Origin: an uncultured Acidimicrobiaceae bacterium
Lineage (GTDB): Bacteria; Actinomycetota; Acidimicrobiia; Spongiisociales; ZC4RG35
DNA length: 64,000 bases
Assembly (NCBI GenBank): GCA_964571765.1
Contig: CAZNDH010000001.1
Coordinates: forward strand, 30,773 to 94,772
Direction: 5' to 3'
In this document: positions 29,089 to 38,886 of the stretch, in pieces
Layout: each line of letters opens with the position of its first letter
Numbering within the stretch: the stretch's first letter is position 1
Translations under genes and position numbers: made by a program
Notes under the pieces: model-generated
Told to the model about the DNA's origin: nothing
The model's database searches: none
Seen by the model: the letters and a program-made list of their open reading frames with translations, nothing else

Positions 29089-31143
29089 CTACGCGATGAA
29101 CGCCGAGGCGAAGATCAGCGAGACGATGGTCATCACCTTGATGACGATGTTCATCGCCGGACCAGAGGTGTCCTTGAAAGGGTCACCAACGGTGTCGCCG
29201 ATCACCGCCGCCTTGTGGGGGTCGCCACCCTTGCCTCCAAAGGCTCCGGCCTCGATGAACTTCTTGGCGTTGTCCCACATGCCGCCGGCATTGGCCATGA
29301 ATATGGCGAGGAGGAACCCGGTGATCAGCGCTCCACCGAGGAGACCACCGAGCATCTCGACATCGATGAACCCGACGATGAGGGGAAGGGCGATGGTGAT
29401 CGCCCCGGGGACGACCATCTCGCGTAGGGCTCCCCTGGTGGCGATGTCGACACATGTGGTGTAGTCCGGCTTGGCATCCGGATGACCTTCGCGCAGACCC
29501 GGGATGTCCCGGAACTGACGTCTCACCTCGTCGATCATCTTTGAGGCGGCCCTGCCCACTGCGTTCATGGTGAGGGCGGCGAAGAGGAAGGGGAACATGG
29601 CACCGAGGAAGAGCCCGATGGTCACCTCCGGTCGGGCGATGTCGATCCCGGTGAGCCCCACCGCCCGGGTGAACGCGCTGAACAGGGCGAGGGCGGTCAC
29701 CGCCGCCGAGGCGATGGCGAATCCCTTGGCGATGGCTGCTGTGGTGTTGCCCAGGGAGTCGAGAGCGTCGGTCGCTTGACGCACTTCCTTGGGGAGGTGG
29801 GCCATCTCGGCGATACCCCCGGCGTTGTCGGCGATCGGGCCGTAGGCATCCACCGATATGGTGATGCCCAGGGTGGCCAGCACACCGATGGCGGCGATGG
29901 CCACCCCGTAGATGCCTCCGCCGTCGCCCATGCCCCACTGCCCGGCGAAGTAGGCGGCACCAACGCCGGCGGCGACCGCGATCACCGAGAAAGCCGCCGA
30001 GCGCATCCCTTCGGCGATACCGGTGATGATCACCGTGGCCGGCCCGGTCTGGGCCTGGCGGGCCACCTCCTTGACCGTCTTGTAGTGGTCGGAGGTGAAC
30101 CATTCGGAGATCTTGCCCACGAACCAGCCGACGATGAGACCGGCGACCACCGCCAGCCAGATCCCCGCCCAGTTCTCCACCTTGTCGCCGAAGATCCAGT
30201 AGGCCAGGCCGGCGACGCCGATGGCGGTGACCACCATGGCGAAATTGGTCCCCCGGTGGAGGGCGGCGGCGAGATGGTCGGCGTCCTTGGCCCTGACCAG
30301 GAAAGACCCGACGATCGAGGCCAGCATGCCCAGGGCAGCCACAGCCAATGGGAAGATGATCGCCTCGGCGAGAAAGTCCCTGCCGACGAAGACCAGGGCA
30401 GAGTAGGCCACCGGCGCCACCAGGGAACCGACGTATGACTCGAAGAGGTCGGCGCCCATCCCGGCTACGTCGCCCACGTTGTCCCCGACGTTGTCGGCGA
30501 TCACCGCCGGGTTCCGGGGGTCGTCCTCGGGAATCCCGGCTTCTACCTTGCCCACCAGGTCGGCGCCTACGTCGGCCGCTTTGGTGTAGATCCCCCCACC
30601 GACACGGGCAAACAGGGCGATCGAGGAGCCACCGAGCCCGATGGCGGTGATGATGTCCACCCACCTCGCCTCACCGAGGAGGTTGTTGAACACCAAAAAG
30701 CCGATGGCGATCCCAATGAGCCCCAGCCCGGCCACGGTGAAACCCATGACCGCGCCGCCGCGGAAGGCCACCGGCAGGGCGGCAGGCACCCCGCCGGTGC
30801 GAGCCGCCTCGGTGGTGCGGGCGTTGGCCGCGGTGGCGATCCGCATCCCGATGAACCCGGCCAGTGCGGAGAGGACCGCTCCGAACACATAGGCCACCGC
30901 CCCCCAGGGGCGGCCCCACTCGAGGAGGGTGGCGATGAGGACGGCCATGACCACCACGAAGACCGCCACCCAGGTGTACTCCCTCTTGATGAAGGCCATG
31001 GCCCCGGCTCGGATCGCCGAGGACAGCTCGATCATCCTCTCGTTCCCCTGGGGCGTCGCCAGCACCCAGCGGGTGAAGTACACGGCGAGCACCAGCGCCA
31101 GGGCACCTGCGCCCAGGGCGATGTAAAGGACGGTATCGGTCAT
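29089..31143 (-). CDS. hppA: membrane-bound K+-dependent, probably Na+-translocating pyrophosphatase
   Basis: DVGADLVGKVE, DNVGDNVGD, GADLFESY, GNTTAA, GDTVGDPFKDTSGP. Confidence 0.95.
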   Translation of the reverse strand: MTDTVLYIALGAGALALVLAVYFTRWVLATPQGNERMIELSSAIRAGAMAFIKREYTWVAVFVVVMAVLIATLLEWGRPWGAVAYVFGAVLSALAGFIGMRIATAANARTTEAARTGGVPAALPVAFRGGAVMGFTVAGLGLIGIAIGFLVFNNLLGEARWVDIITAIGLGGSSIALFARVGGGIYTKAADVGADLVGKVEAGIPEDDPRNPAVIADNVGDNVGDVAGMGADLFESYVGSLVAPVAYSALVFVGRDFLAEAIIFPLAVAALGMLASIVGSFLVRAKDADHLAAALHRGTNFAMVVTAIGVAGLAYWIFGDKVENWAGIWLAVVAGLIVGWFVGKISEWFTSDHYKTVKEVARQAQTGPATVIITGIAEGMRSAAFSVIAVAAGVGAAYFAGQWGMGDGGGIYGVAIAAIGVLATLGITISVDAYGPIADNAGGIAEMAHLPKEVRQATDALDSLGNTTAAIAKGFAIASAAVTALALFSAFTRAVGLTGIDIARPEVTIGLFLGAMFPFLFAALTMNAVGRAASKMIDEVRRQFRDIPGLREGHPDAKPDYTTCVDIATRGALREMVVPGAITIALPLIVGFIDVEMLGGLLGGALITGFLLAIFMANAGGMWDNAKKFIEAGAFGGKGGDPHKAAVIGDTVGDPFKDTSGPAMNIVIKVMTIVSLIFASAFIA

Positions 31144-31256
31144 CGTGAGAGCTCCTCCAGCGAACGGCGGGTATGGCCGGTGAGGGAGTATAGGAGTCCC
31201 CTGTCTCCCTACCGGGAGCCGGTTTCGCAGGGTCTGGGCAGGGGTACTCGGTGGCC

Positions 31257-31790
31257 ATGAGCGACCAAAGCCCATCGCTCTCCACCAAGCCCCCGTGGCT
31301 CAGCGGCACCAATGGTTGGGAGAAGGGGATCCGCCTGGTCGCCTTCGCCCTCGTCGGTCTCCTCTTGGCCCTGGGTGCCACCGGCTTGCTCGGTGTCCGT
31401 ACCACCTCGGAACAGGCGATCGGCAACGAATTCGGGTTGACCGTGATCCATGCCTCAGTGACCCGCCCCGGGCTCGCCACCCCCTTCAGCATCCTGGTCA
31501 CCCGGTCCGACGCCACGCCCCTTCCCTCCCAAGTCACCATCCAGGTCGACTCGGCCTATCTGGCGATGTTCGACGACAACGGGATGGAGCCCCTGCCCGT
31601 CTCCTCTTTCAACGAGTCGAAGTCGACGTGGTGGACCTTCGAAGTGCCCGCGGGCCAGACCGAGCTTCGGGTGGATCTCGATGCCCGGATCGAACCCGCG
31701 GTCCAATGGGGCAGATCGGCAACCGTTGCGGTCTCCGTTGACGGCGTGACGAAAGTGGAGGCCGACTTCACCACCTGGGTGCTCCCGTGA
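31257..31790 (+). CDS. hypothetical membrane-anchored protein, partner of the DUF421 gene
   Basis: One TM segment (LVAFALVGLLLALGATGLLG) then a beta-rich domain; directly precedes DUF421. Confidence 0.65.
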   Translation: MSDQSPSLSTKPPWLSGTNGWEKGIRLVAFALVGLLLALGATGLLGVRTTSEQAIGNEFGLTVIHASVTRPGLATPFSILVTRSDATPLPSQVTIQVDSAYLAMFDDNGMEPLPVSSFNESKSTWWTFEVPAGQTELRVDLDARIEPAVQWGRSATVAVSVDGVTKVEADFTTWVLP

Positions 31791-31800
31791 GGCGGCTCTG

Positions 31801-32262
31801 ATGGAACTGGTGTTCCGCGCAACAGCCGTCTTCTGGCTTCTCTGGCTGGTGGTCAGGGGGACAGGCAAGCGGTCACTCGCCGAGCTCACCCCGCTCGACC
31901 TCATCCTGGTGGTCATCGTCGGCGATCTCGCCCAGCAGGGTGTCACACAGGAGGACATGTCGGTGACGGGCGCAATGGTCGCGGTGTCGGTATTCGTGGC
32001 CTGGACATTCCTCGCCGACACCATGGGGAAGAAGTGGCCACGGTCGGCCCGGATCCTCGCCGGAGAGCCGGTGATCGTGGTCCACCGGGGCGTCCCCTTG
32101 GAGGACCGAATGAACCGGGAGCGTGTCGACCTCGATGAGCTGAAGGAGGCCGCCCGGCTCCAGGGGATCTCGAATCTGGCCGACATCGAGTTCGCAGTCC
32201 TGGAGACCGACGGGGAGATATCCTTCGTCAGAGCCGATGACCGGCGTCGAGCAGCGGACTGA
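31801..32262 (+). CDS. DUF421 (YetF) family protein
   Basis: GKRSLAELTPLDL, AVLETDGEISFV. Confidence 0.88.
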   Translation: MELVFRATAVFWLLWLVVRGTGKRSLAELTPLDLILVVIVGDLAQQGVTQEDMSVTGAMVAVSVFVAWTFLADTMGKKWPRSARILAGEPVIVVHRGVPLEDRMNRERVDLDELKEAARLQGISNLADIEFAVLETDGEISFVRADDRRRAAD

Positions 32263-32271
32263 CCAGCAGCC

Positions 32272-33930
32272 ATGGCGACCGCCGAACCGTCCGTGGACAG
32301 ACGGGGTTTCGCCCGGCTCCTCTGGAAGCTGGCCGACCTCACCCGAGCCTCAGAGAGCAGGCGCTCGTTCCGGGCCAAGGCCTACCGAACTGCTGTGTGG
32401 TCGCTGGACTGGCTCGACGCCGGTCTCGACGTCAGCCGCGAGGAAGCCCTGCAGGTCCCGGGCATCGGCCCGGGCGTGGCCTCGCTCCTCGACGAGTACA
32501 GGTCCACTGGCTACCTGAGCCAGCTGGTCCCTCTGGAGGAGGCATACCCCGCTGACTCTGGGAAGCTCCGTCTCCTTCCCCGGATGACCCCGGCCAAGTT
32601 ACGAGACCTCCATGGCGAGCTCGGGGTGGATACCACCAAGGACCTCGGGGACGCCATCGAGTCGGGAGCAGCACTGACCATCCGCGGGCTCGGGGAGAGG
32701 ACTCTCGACTGGTGGTCGAGGATCATCGCCCTCCCCCCGTCGACAACCGCCGTTCCCGCACATCAGGGTTGGTCGGAAGCAACCAACCTCCTCGGCCATC
32801 TGACCGAGCACACCGGGGCCGATGGAGAGGTGGCCGGAGAGCTTCGCCGTGGCGAGGAGTGGGCGGAGGCAATCCATCTGGTCGTGGTCACCGAGGATCC
32901 AGCGGGGTTGGCCCGTTTCCTCGCCGACACCGCTTCCCTGGCCGACAGCCACCAGGACGAGGCTTGGAAGCACCGCGCCCTGACCCACTCGGGGTTGCCG
33001 GTGACAATCCAGGCCACTCCGGCAAGCTCGGCCGGCACCTCGCTGTTCATCGCCACCGGGCCTCGGTCTCACCTCGAGCTGGTGGCCCATCGCGGCTCCC
33101 ACCCGACCGAAAGGGAGCTCTACGCGGCATCAGGGATGGAGTGGGTGCCTCCGCCAGCCCGGGGGCTGGAGCCGGAACGGGCCCATGGTGTCGTGCGCTC
33201 GACACAGATCAGAGGTGACCTCCACCTCCACAGTGAGGCCTCCCCGGACGGCCGGATGACCCTGCGGTCCATCATCGAGCAGGCGGTGGCACGGAGGTAC
33301 CAGTACCTGCTGATCACCGACCACACCCAGGGCCTCCGTTTCGGCGGACTCGGAGGAGGCGGTCTGAGGGCGCAAAGGGAGGCAATACTCCGCTACCGGG
33401 AGGAGTACCCACAACTGAGGATCTTCCACGGTGCGGAGCTGAACATTGCCCCCGATGGCTCACTGGACCTCGACGACGAGGACTTGGCGGTCCTCGACTT
33501 TGCCGTGGCCGGGGCCCACTCTCACTTCGACCTCCCCGGTCAGGAACAGACCGAGCGACTGCTCGGGGCGATGCGACACCCGGTGGTGGCGGTCATTGCC
33601 CACCCATTTGGACGGAGAATCGGGCGCCGGCCCGCCATGGACCTCGACATGGACCGGGTCAGCAAAGTGGCCGCCGACCAGGGTGTGGCTCTGGAGACCA
33701 ATGGCCACCGGGATCGCCTCGACCTTCCCTCGGAATGGCTGGTCAGGGCAGCGGAGCACGGTGCCATGTTCGCCGCCAACAGCGATGCCCACCGTATCGC
33801 CGAAATGGACAACATCGACAACGCGGTGGCCAGCCTGCAGCGAGCCGGCATCGGCCCCGAGCGCGTGATCAACACATTCGGAGTCGAGAAGCTCTCCGAG
33901 TGGGCAATGCGCCGGAGATCAGGGACGTAG
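32272..33930 (+). CDS. PolX-like HhH/PHP protein with degenerate polymerase domain
   Basis: FRAKAY, PGIG HhH; PHP motifs GDLHLHS, ITDH, GAE, AHP, NSDAH; polymerase DxD replaced by AIH. Confidence 0.85.
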   Translation: MATAEPSVDRRGFARLLWKLADLTRASESRRSFRAKAYRTAVWSLDWLDAGLDVSREEALQVPGIGPGVASLLDEYRSTGYLSQLVPLEEAYPADSGKLRLLPRMTPAKLRDLHGELGVDTTKDLGDAIESGAALTIRGLGERTLDWWSRIIALPPSTTAVPAHQGWSEATNLLGHLTEHTGADGEVAGELRRGEEWAEAIHLVVVTEDPAGLARFLADTASLADSHQDEAWKHRALTHSGLPVTIQATPASSAGTSLFIATGPRSHLELVAHRGSHPTERELYAASGMEWVPPPARGLEPERAHGVVRSTQIRGDLHLHSEASPDGRMTLRSIIEQAVARRYQYLLITDHTQGLRFGGLGGGGLRAQREAILRYREEYPQLRIFHGAELNIAPDGSLDLDDEDLAVLDFAVAGAHSHFDLPGQEQTERLLGAMRHPVVAVIAHPFGRRIGRRPAMDLDMDRVSKVAADQGVALETNGHRDRLDLPSEWLVRAAEHGAMFAANSDAHRIAEMDNIDNAVASLQRAGIGPERVINTFGVEKLSEWAMRRRSGT

Positions 33931-34680
33931 TGACTCGACGAAGCTTGCCGGGTCGCCCCTAGCTCCGACCACCTCGACCAGGGCGGAGCCGACGACTATC
34001 CCGTCGACGTGGGCGGCAAGTGCCTCCACTTGCGACCGGGACCTGACCCCGAATCCGGCCATGAGCGGGCGAGAGGTCGACTCCCGGGCCTGGTCCAAGT
34101 AGTCGAGTAGCTCGTCGGGCAGGGCCAGGTCGCCTCCGGTGATCCCGGTGGTGGTCACCGCATAGAGGAACCCGCCGGTGGACCCACCCAGCGATGCCAT
34201 CCTCTCCGTAGGGGTGGCCGGTGAGACCAGACGAACCAGGTCGACTCGGGCCGGTGCCAGCACCTCCTCGAGCGGGCCACTCTCTTCGGGGGTGAGGTCG
34301 GGGACGATCAGCCCGGACACCCCGGCGCTGACAAGTCGCTCACCAAGACGGTCGAGGCCGTAGGCGAGGAAAGGGTTGTAATACCCCATGAGCAAATAGG
34401 GCGCCTCAAGGGAGTCGCCCACCCGGTCGAGCATGTCGAAGATCGACTCCAGGGTGATCCCTGTGCCCAGGGCGGAGAAGCCTGCCTCCTGGATGGTCCG
34501 CCCGTCGGCGATGGGATCGGTGAAAGGGACCCCGATCTCCACAACGTCGGCCACCGCGGCGACCCGGGCCAGGATGGTGGGAAACCCGTCCTCGGATGGG
34601 TAACCGGCCATCAGGTAGGCGCACACCGCCGGGCCATCGACCGAGCGGATCGCCTCCTCGATCGTCGCCTGCGAGCTCAT
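33919..34680 (-). CDS. trpA: tryptophan synthase alpha chain
   Basis: EIGVPFTDPIADG, MGYYNP, GFGV, VGSA. Confidence 0.95.
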   Translation of the reverse strand: MSSQATIEEAIRSVDGPAVCAYLMAGYPSEDGFPTILARVAAVADVVEIGVPFTDPIADGRTIQEAGFSALGTGITLESIFDMLDRVGDSLEAPYLLMGYYNPFLAYGLDRLGERLVSAGVSGLIVPDLTPEESGPLEEVLAPARVDLVRLVSPATPTERMASLGGSTGGFLYAVTTTGITGGDLALPDELLDYLDQARESTSRPLMAGFGVRSRSQVEALAAHVDGIVVGSALVEVVGARGDPASFVESLRP

Positions 34681-35879
34681 CCGGACCCCTCCTCGCCGAC
34701 GATCAGCCCCAAATCCTTGTCACCCCGGCCGGAGAGGCATATGAGGATCCTCGCCCCGGGATGCTCGGCCGCCCAGCGGCGAGCCCCGGCCAGGGCATGG
34801 GCCGACTCCAGGGCAGGGAGTATCCCCTCGAGCCGGGTGCACTCGTGGAGGGCCTCGAGCGCCTGGTCGTCATCGGCCTCGATGTAACCAGCCCGTCCCG
34901 TGTCGCGGAGCATGGCGTGCTCCGGGCCGACGCCCGGGTAGTCGAGTCCCGGGGCCACGGAGTGAGTGTCGGCCACCTGGCCGTCGCCGTCCTGAAGGAG
35001 CGGTGAGAACGCCCCGTGGAGGACACCGGGCACGCCCCGGCCCAAAGTGGCCGAATGGGAGGCCCCGCTTCCCCCGGCCTCGACCCCGAGCAGGGCCACC
35101 CCTGCATCGTGGACGAAGGGATGGAACATCCCGATGGCGTTCGAGCCACCCCCGACGCAGGCCACCACCACCCCGGGCAGCCCTCCGGTGGTTTCCTCGA
35201 ACTGGGCCTTGGCCTCGATGCCTATCACCGATTGGAAGGAGCGCACCATCCACGGATAAGGATGGGGACCAACCGCTGAGCCGAGCAGATAGTAGGTGCC
35301 GTCGGGGTCGGACACCCAGTCGCGCATCGCCTCGTTGATGGCCGCCCGAAGGGTCCGATCGGCCACGTCGACCTCGACCACCTCGGCACCGAGGAGCCTC
35401 ATCCGCTCCACGTTGGGCTTCTGGCGGACCACGTCGAGCGAGCCCATGTAGACCCGGCAGGGCAAGCCGACCCGAGCCGCCGCAGCCGCGGTGGCCACCC
35501 CGTGCTGACCCGCGCCCGTCTCGGCGATCACCCGGGATGCCCCCATCCGTCGGGCAAGGAGGGCCTGGCCGATTGCATTGTTGATCTTGTGGGCACCGGT
35601 GTGGCACAGGTCTTCACGCTTCAACCACACCTCGGCCGCCCACTCCCGGCCAAGACCGGGTGCAGCGGTGAGAGGGGTGGGTCGCCCCACGAAGTCGCGT
35701 AACTCGTCGCCGAGGGCAGCCCGGAACCGGGGGTCGGCGAAGGCTTCGAGCGTCGCCGCCTCGAGCCGCTCCAAGGCCGGGACCAGCGTTTCGGGCACAT
35801 ACCTACCCCCGTAGGCCCCGAAGCGGCCACCGACAGGTGGCGATCCTTCGAGAAATCCCTCGATGATGGTGGCGGTCAT
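34677..35879 (-). CDS. trpB: tryptophan synthase beta chain
   Basis: REDLCHTGAHKINN, ETGAGQHG, GLDYPGVGP, SGRGDKD. Confidence 0.96.
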   Translation of the reverse strand: MTATIIEGFLEGSPPVGGRFGAYGGRYVPETLVPALERLEAATLEAFADPRFRAALGDELRDFVGRPTPLTAAPGLGREWAAEVWLKREDLCHTGAHKINNAIGQALLARRMGASRVIAETGAGQHGVATAAAAARVGLPCRVYMGSLDVVRQKPNVERMRLLGAEVVEVDVADRTLRAAINEAMRDWVSDPDGTYYLLGSAVGPHPYPWMVRSFQSVIGIEAKAQFEETTGGLPGVVVACVGGGSNAIGMFHPFVHDAGVALLGVEAGGSGASHSATLGRGVPGVLHGAFSPLLQDGDGQVADTHSVAPGLDYPGVGPEHAMLRDTGRAGYIEADDDQALEALHECTRLEGILPALESAHALAGARRWAAEHPGARILICLSGRGDKDLGLIVGEEGSG

Positions 35880-36475
35880 CCCTGGCTCACCCTTTCCGCG
35901 GCACGCGCCGCCTCGACAAAGCGCCGGATCTTCTCAGGATCCTTGACACCGGGGAGCATCTCGACTCCGCTGCTGACATCGACCCCGAAGGGCCGTACCG
36001 CGGCGATCGCCCCGGCCACGTTGCCAGGGTCGAGACCACCGGCGAGAACCAGTCGGCGCTCCCGGGCAAGGCGGGCGGCCTCGCCCCAATCGGCGACCGC
36101 CCCGATACCGCTCACCGATCCCTCGTAGAGGATCATGCCCCCAAACATGGCGTCGGGAACCTGGTTGCCTTCCCTGAACACCGGTAGGAAGCCAACGCGT
36201 GGGGGAAGCTCGATCGGCGACCCGGCATCGGCCTGGACCATGTCGGGGGTGAAGACTTCGAGGACCCAATCGACATCGTCCTGGTGGGGGGTGAGGAACA
36301 CCGCAACCCGGATCACTTCCTCGGGGATGGCGGCGGAGATTCGCCGGGCCTCCTGGGGCGACACCCTTCGTGCCGAAGGGGCGAAGACCAGACCTATGGC
36401 ATCGGCTCCGGCCCGGGCGGCGGTGATCGCCGACTCCGGCTCGGTGATCCCGCATATCTTGACGAAGAGGCTCAC
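35876..36475 (-). CDS. trpF: phosphoribosylanthranilate isomerase
   Basis: VKICGIT, LAGGL, GVDVSSGVE. Confidence 0.93.
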   Translation of the reverse strand: MSLFVKICGITEPESAITAARAGADAIGLVFAPSARRVSPQEARRISAAIPEEVIRVAVFLTPHQDDVDWVLEVFTPDMVQADAGSPIELPPRVGFLPVFREGNQVPDAMFGGMILYEGSVSGIGAVADWGEAARLARERRLVLAGGLDPGNVAGAIAAVRPFGVDVSSGVEMLPGVKDPEKIRRFVEAARAAERVSQG

Positions 36476-37260
36476 CGTGCCCGGCTCCTAACCGCCTGGC
36501 GGCCGGCGGCGACCAGCCCGGCGACCAGCCTCGCCGGATCGTCGGTCGTGGAGAGCGAGGTGCCCACGAGCCCCATTCGGTAACCGAGGCCAGCCACCGC
36601 GGCCACGTCATCGGGGCCCTCGATGCCGCTCTCGGCAACGAGGACCAAGCCCGGAGGCACCAGGGGCGCCAGCCGCCGGAACCGGTCGAATTCGACCGAC
36701 AGGTCGGTGAGATCCCGGCAGTTGACCCCGAGGAGCACCGGGCGGTCGAGCACCGTCGAAGCCGTCTCGAGATCGGTTTGGTCGAACACCTCCACCAGGG
36801 GGAACATCCCCAGCTCCAGGGTGGCGTCGACCATCTCGACGAGAAGACTCCTACCGAGGATCCGGGTGATTATGAGGACGCCGGAGGCCCCATGCTCCCT
36901 GGCCTCGACGACCTGCTCCGGGGAAACCAGGAAGTCCTTACGCATCACAGGGATGTTCACCGCGGCGGCCACACCGGCCAGGTGGGTCAACGAGCCGTCG
37001 AAGACCTCGGGCTCGGTGAGCACCGAGATGGCGGCGGCCCCTCCCCTGGCAAACTCGATGGCCATGGCGACCACCCTGGCCAGGTCGTCGCCGGCGGGAG
37101 CGAGCCGGCCCGAAGCGGGGCCGCGCAGCTTGACCTCGGCGATCAGGTCGAAGCCGGCTGCGGAGAGCGCCAGCGGGATCACCGAGGGCATCGGCCGGGG
37201 TGGGACTGCGGTAACCCGGGCGCGGCTGGCTGCGGCCATGTCGGCGAGGAAGTCAGCCAA
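36472..37260 (-). CDS. trpC: indole-3-glycerol phosphate synthase
   Basis: IAEVK, ISVLTEP, RKDF, GVNCRDL, VAESGI; TTG start right after the trpD stop. Confidence 0.92.
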   Translation of the reverse strand: MADFLADMAAASRARVTAVPPRPMPSVIPLALSAAGFDLIAEVKLRGPASGRLAPAGDDLARVVAMAIEFARGGAAAISVLTEPEVFDGSLTHLAGVAAAVNIPVMRKDFLVSPEQVVEAREHGASGVLIITRILGRSLLVEMVDATLELGMFPLVEVFDQTDLETASTVLDRPVLLGVNCRDLTDLSVEFDRFRRLAPLVPPGLVLVAESGIEGPDDVAAVAGLGYRMGLVGTSLSTTDDPARLVAGLVAAGRQAVRSRAR

Positions 37261-37261
37261 C

Positions 37262-38281
37262 CTACGACCCCCCTTCCCCGCTGAAGGTGGCGATTCGCTC
37301 GAGCACCCCGCTCGCCCGCCCGTCGTCGATCGCCGCCGCCGCCTCGGCGATCCCCTCCCGGGGAGAATCGACCTTCCCCGAGACCCTGAGGGCCAGGGAG
37401 GCTCCGAGCACCAGGGCGTTGCGGTGGGCTCCCCGAGCGCCCTCCATGACCAGGCGCAACTCGGCGGCGTTGGCATCGGCATCCCCACCGGCCAGGTCTC
37501 CGGGCTGGCAGCGGGTCAGCCCCATGTCCAAGGGATCCTCGATCGACTCCCGGGTCGACCCGGGGGCCACCTCGATGAGGTGGTAGGGCCCGACCGGCGT
37601 GGGCTCGTCCCATCCGGGGGCGCCGTGGACCACGTAGGCCCGGTCCACATCCATGCCGGAGAGAGCCTCGGCGAGCCGACGGGCGCTCTCCAGACTGTTG
37701 GCTCCGATCACGGCGAACCCAGGCCCGGCAGGGTTGGCCAGGGGACCCACCAAGTTGAAGATGGTCCCTACCCCGAGAGCGCCCCGGACCGGGGCGATCG
37801 ACTTCATCGCCGGGTGGTAGTGGGGGGCGAAGAGGAAGGTGAAGCCGCTCGCCTCGAGCAGGGCCGCGGCTGCCTCACCAGCGAGGGGGATGCCCAGGCC
37901 CAGGGCGGCGAGCACGTCGGCGCTGCCGCTTCGGCTCGACACCGAGCGGTTGCCGTGCTTGACCACTGCCTGGCCCGCGGCCGCGGCGACCAAGGCGGCA
38001 CCTGTCGAGAGGTTGAGGCTCCCCGAGCGGTCCCCTCCGGTGCCGACGACGTCTACCGCCGAGGAGACATCACCTAGAGGGGGCCGCACCGCCCGGAGTC
38101 GGAGGGCGGTGGCAAAAGCCCGCAACTCGGTGGGGGTCTCACCCTTTGCCTTCAGCGCCACCAGCACCGCCCCAGCCATCACCGGGTCGGCCTGTGGATC
38201 GGTGAGATCCTCGAAGAGACCAGTGGCGGTCTCGTGGTCGAGGTGCTCCCCGGCCACCAGGAGTTCCAATACCTCCCTCAT
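37262..38281 (-). CDS. trpD: anthranilate phosphoribosyltransferase
   Basis: DVVGTGGD, KHGNRSVSSRSGSAD, FNLVGPLANP. Confidence 0.95.
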   Translation of the reverse strand: MREVLELLVAGEHLDHETATGLFEDLTDPQADPVMAGAVLVALKAKGETPTELRAFATALRLRAVRPPLGDVSSAVDVVGTGGDRSGSLNLSTGAALVAAAAGQAVVKHGNRSVSSRSGSADVLAALGLGIPLAGEAAAALLEASGFTFLFAPHYHPAMKSIAPVRGALGVGTIFNLVGPLANPAGPGFAVIGANSLESARRLAEALSGMDVDRAYVVHGAPGWDEPTPVGPYHLIEVAPGSTRESIEDPLDMGLTRCQPGDLAGGDADANAAELRLVMEGARGAHRNALVLGASLALRVSGKVDSPREGIAEAAAAIDDGRASGVLERIATFSGEGGS

Positions 38282-38886
38282 CGGGTGACCTCCCCCACTC
38301 TTGACCCGATCGGAGCCACCTCCATGGCCAGAAAGTTGTCGAGCAGACGACTGCCCTCGGGTGTGAGCACCGACTCCGGGTGGAACTGCACTCCCTCGAT
38401 GGGGAGCTCACGGTGGCGAACCCCCATCACCTCGCCGTCCCAAGTGGTGGCGGTCACCTCGAGTGTTTGGGGAAGCTGGTCCACCGCCAGTGAGTGGTAT
38501 CGCCCGGCGAGGAAGGGCTGGGGCATGCCCTGGTAAACACTCCGAGAGTCGTGGTGGACCTCGGACGCCTTGCCATGCATCAAGGACCGCGCCGACCCGA
38601 CAACACCACCGAACACCGCGGCGATGGCCTGGTGACCCAGGCACACACCGAGAATGGGGACCCGGCCCGCCGCCGCCGAGATGATCCCCATAGACGCTCC
38701 GGCGTGCTCCGGGCGCCCCGGACCGGGCGAGACCACCAGGTGGGTGGGCTCGAGCAGGTCGAGGTCGGCCACCTCGACCTGGTCGCTGTAGCGGACAGTG
38801 ACCTCGGCCCCCAGGGTGAGGAACGCCTGGACCAGGTTGTAGGTGAAGGAGTCGTAGTTGTCGACCATCAGAAGGTGGGCCCTCAC
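38278..38886 (-). CDS. trpG: anthranilate synthase component II
   Basis: DNYDSFTYNL, SPGPG, GVCLGHQ, QFHPES. Confidence 0.95.
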   Translation of the reverse strand: MRAHLLMVDNYDSFTYNLVQAFLTLGAEVTVRYSDQVEVADLDLLEPTHLVVSPGPGRPEHAGASMGIISAAAGRVPILGVCLGHQAIAAVFGGVVGSARSLMHGKASEVHHDSRSVYQGMPQPFLAGRYHSLAVDQLPQTLEVTATTWDGEVMGVRHRELPIEGVQFHPESVLTPEGSRLLDNFLAMEVAPIGSRVGEVTR

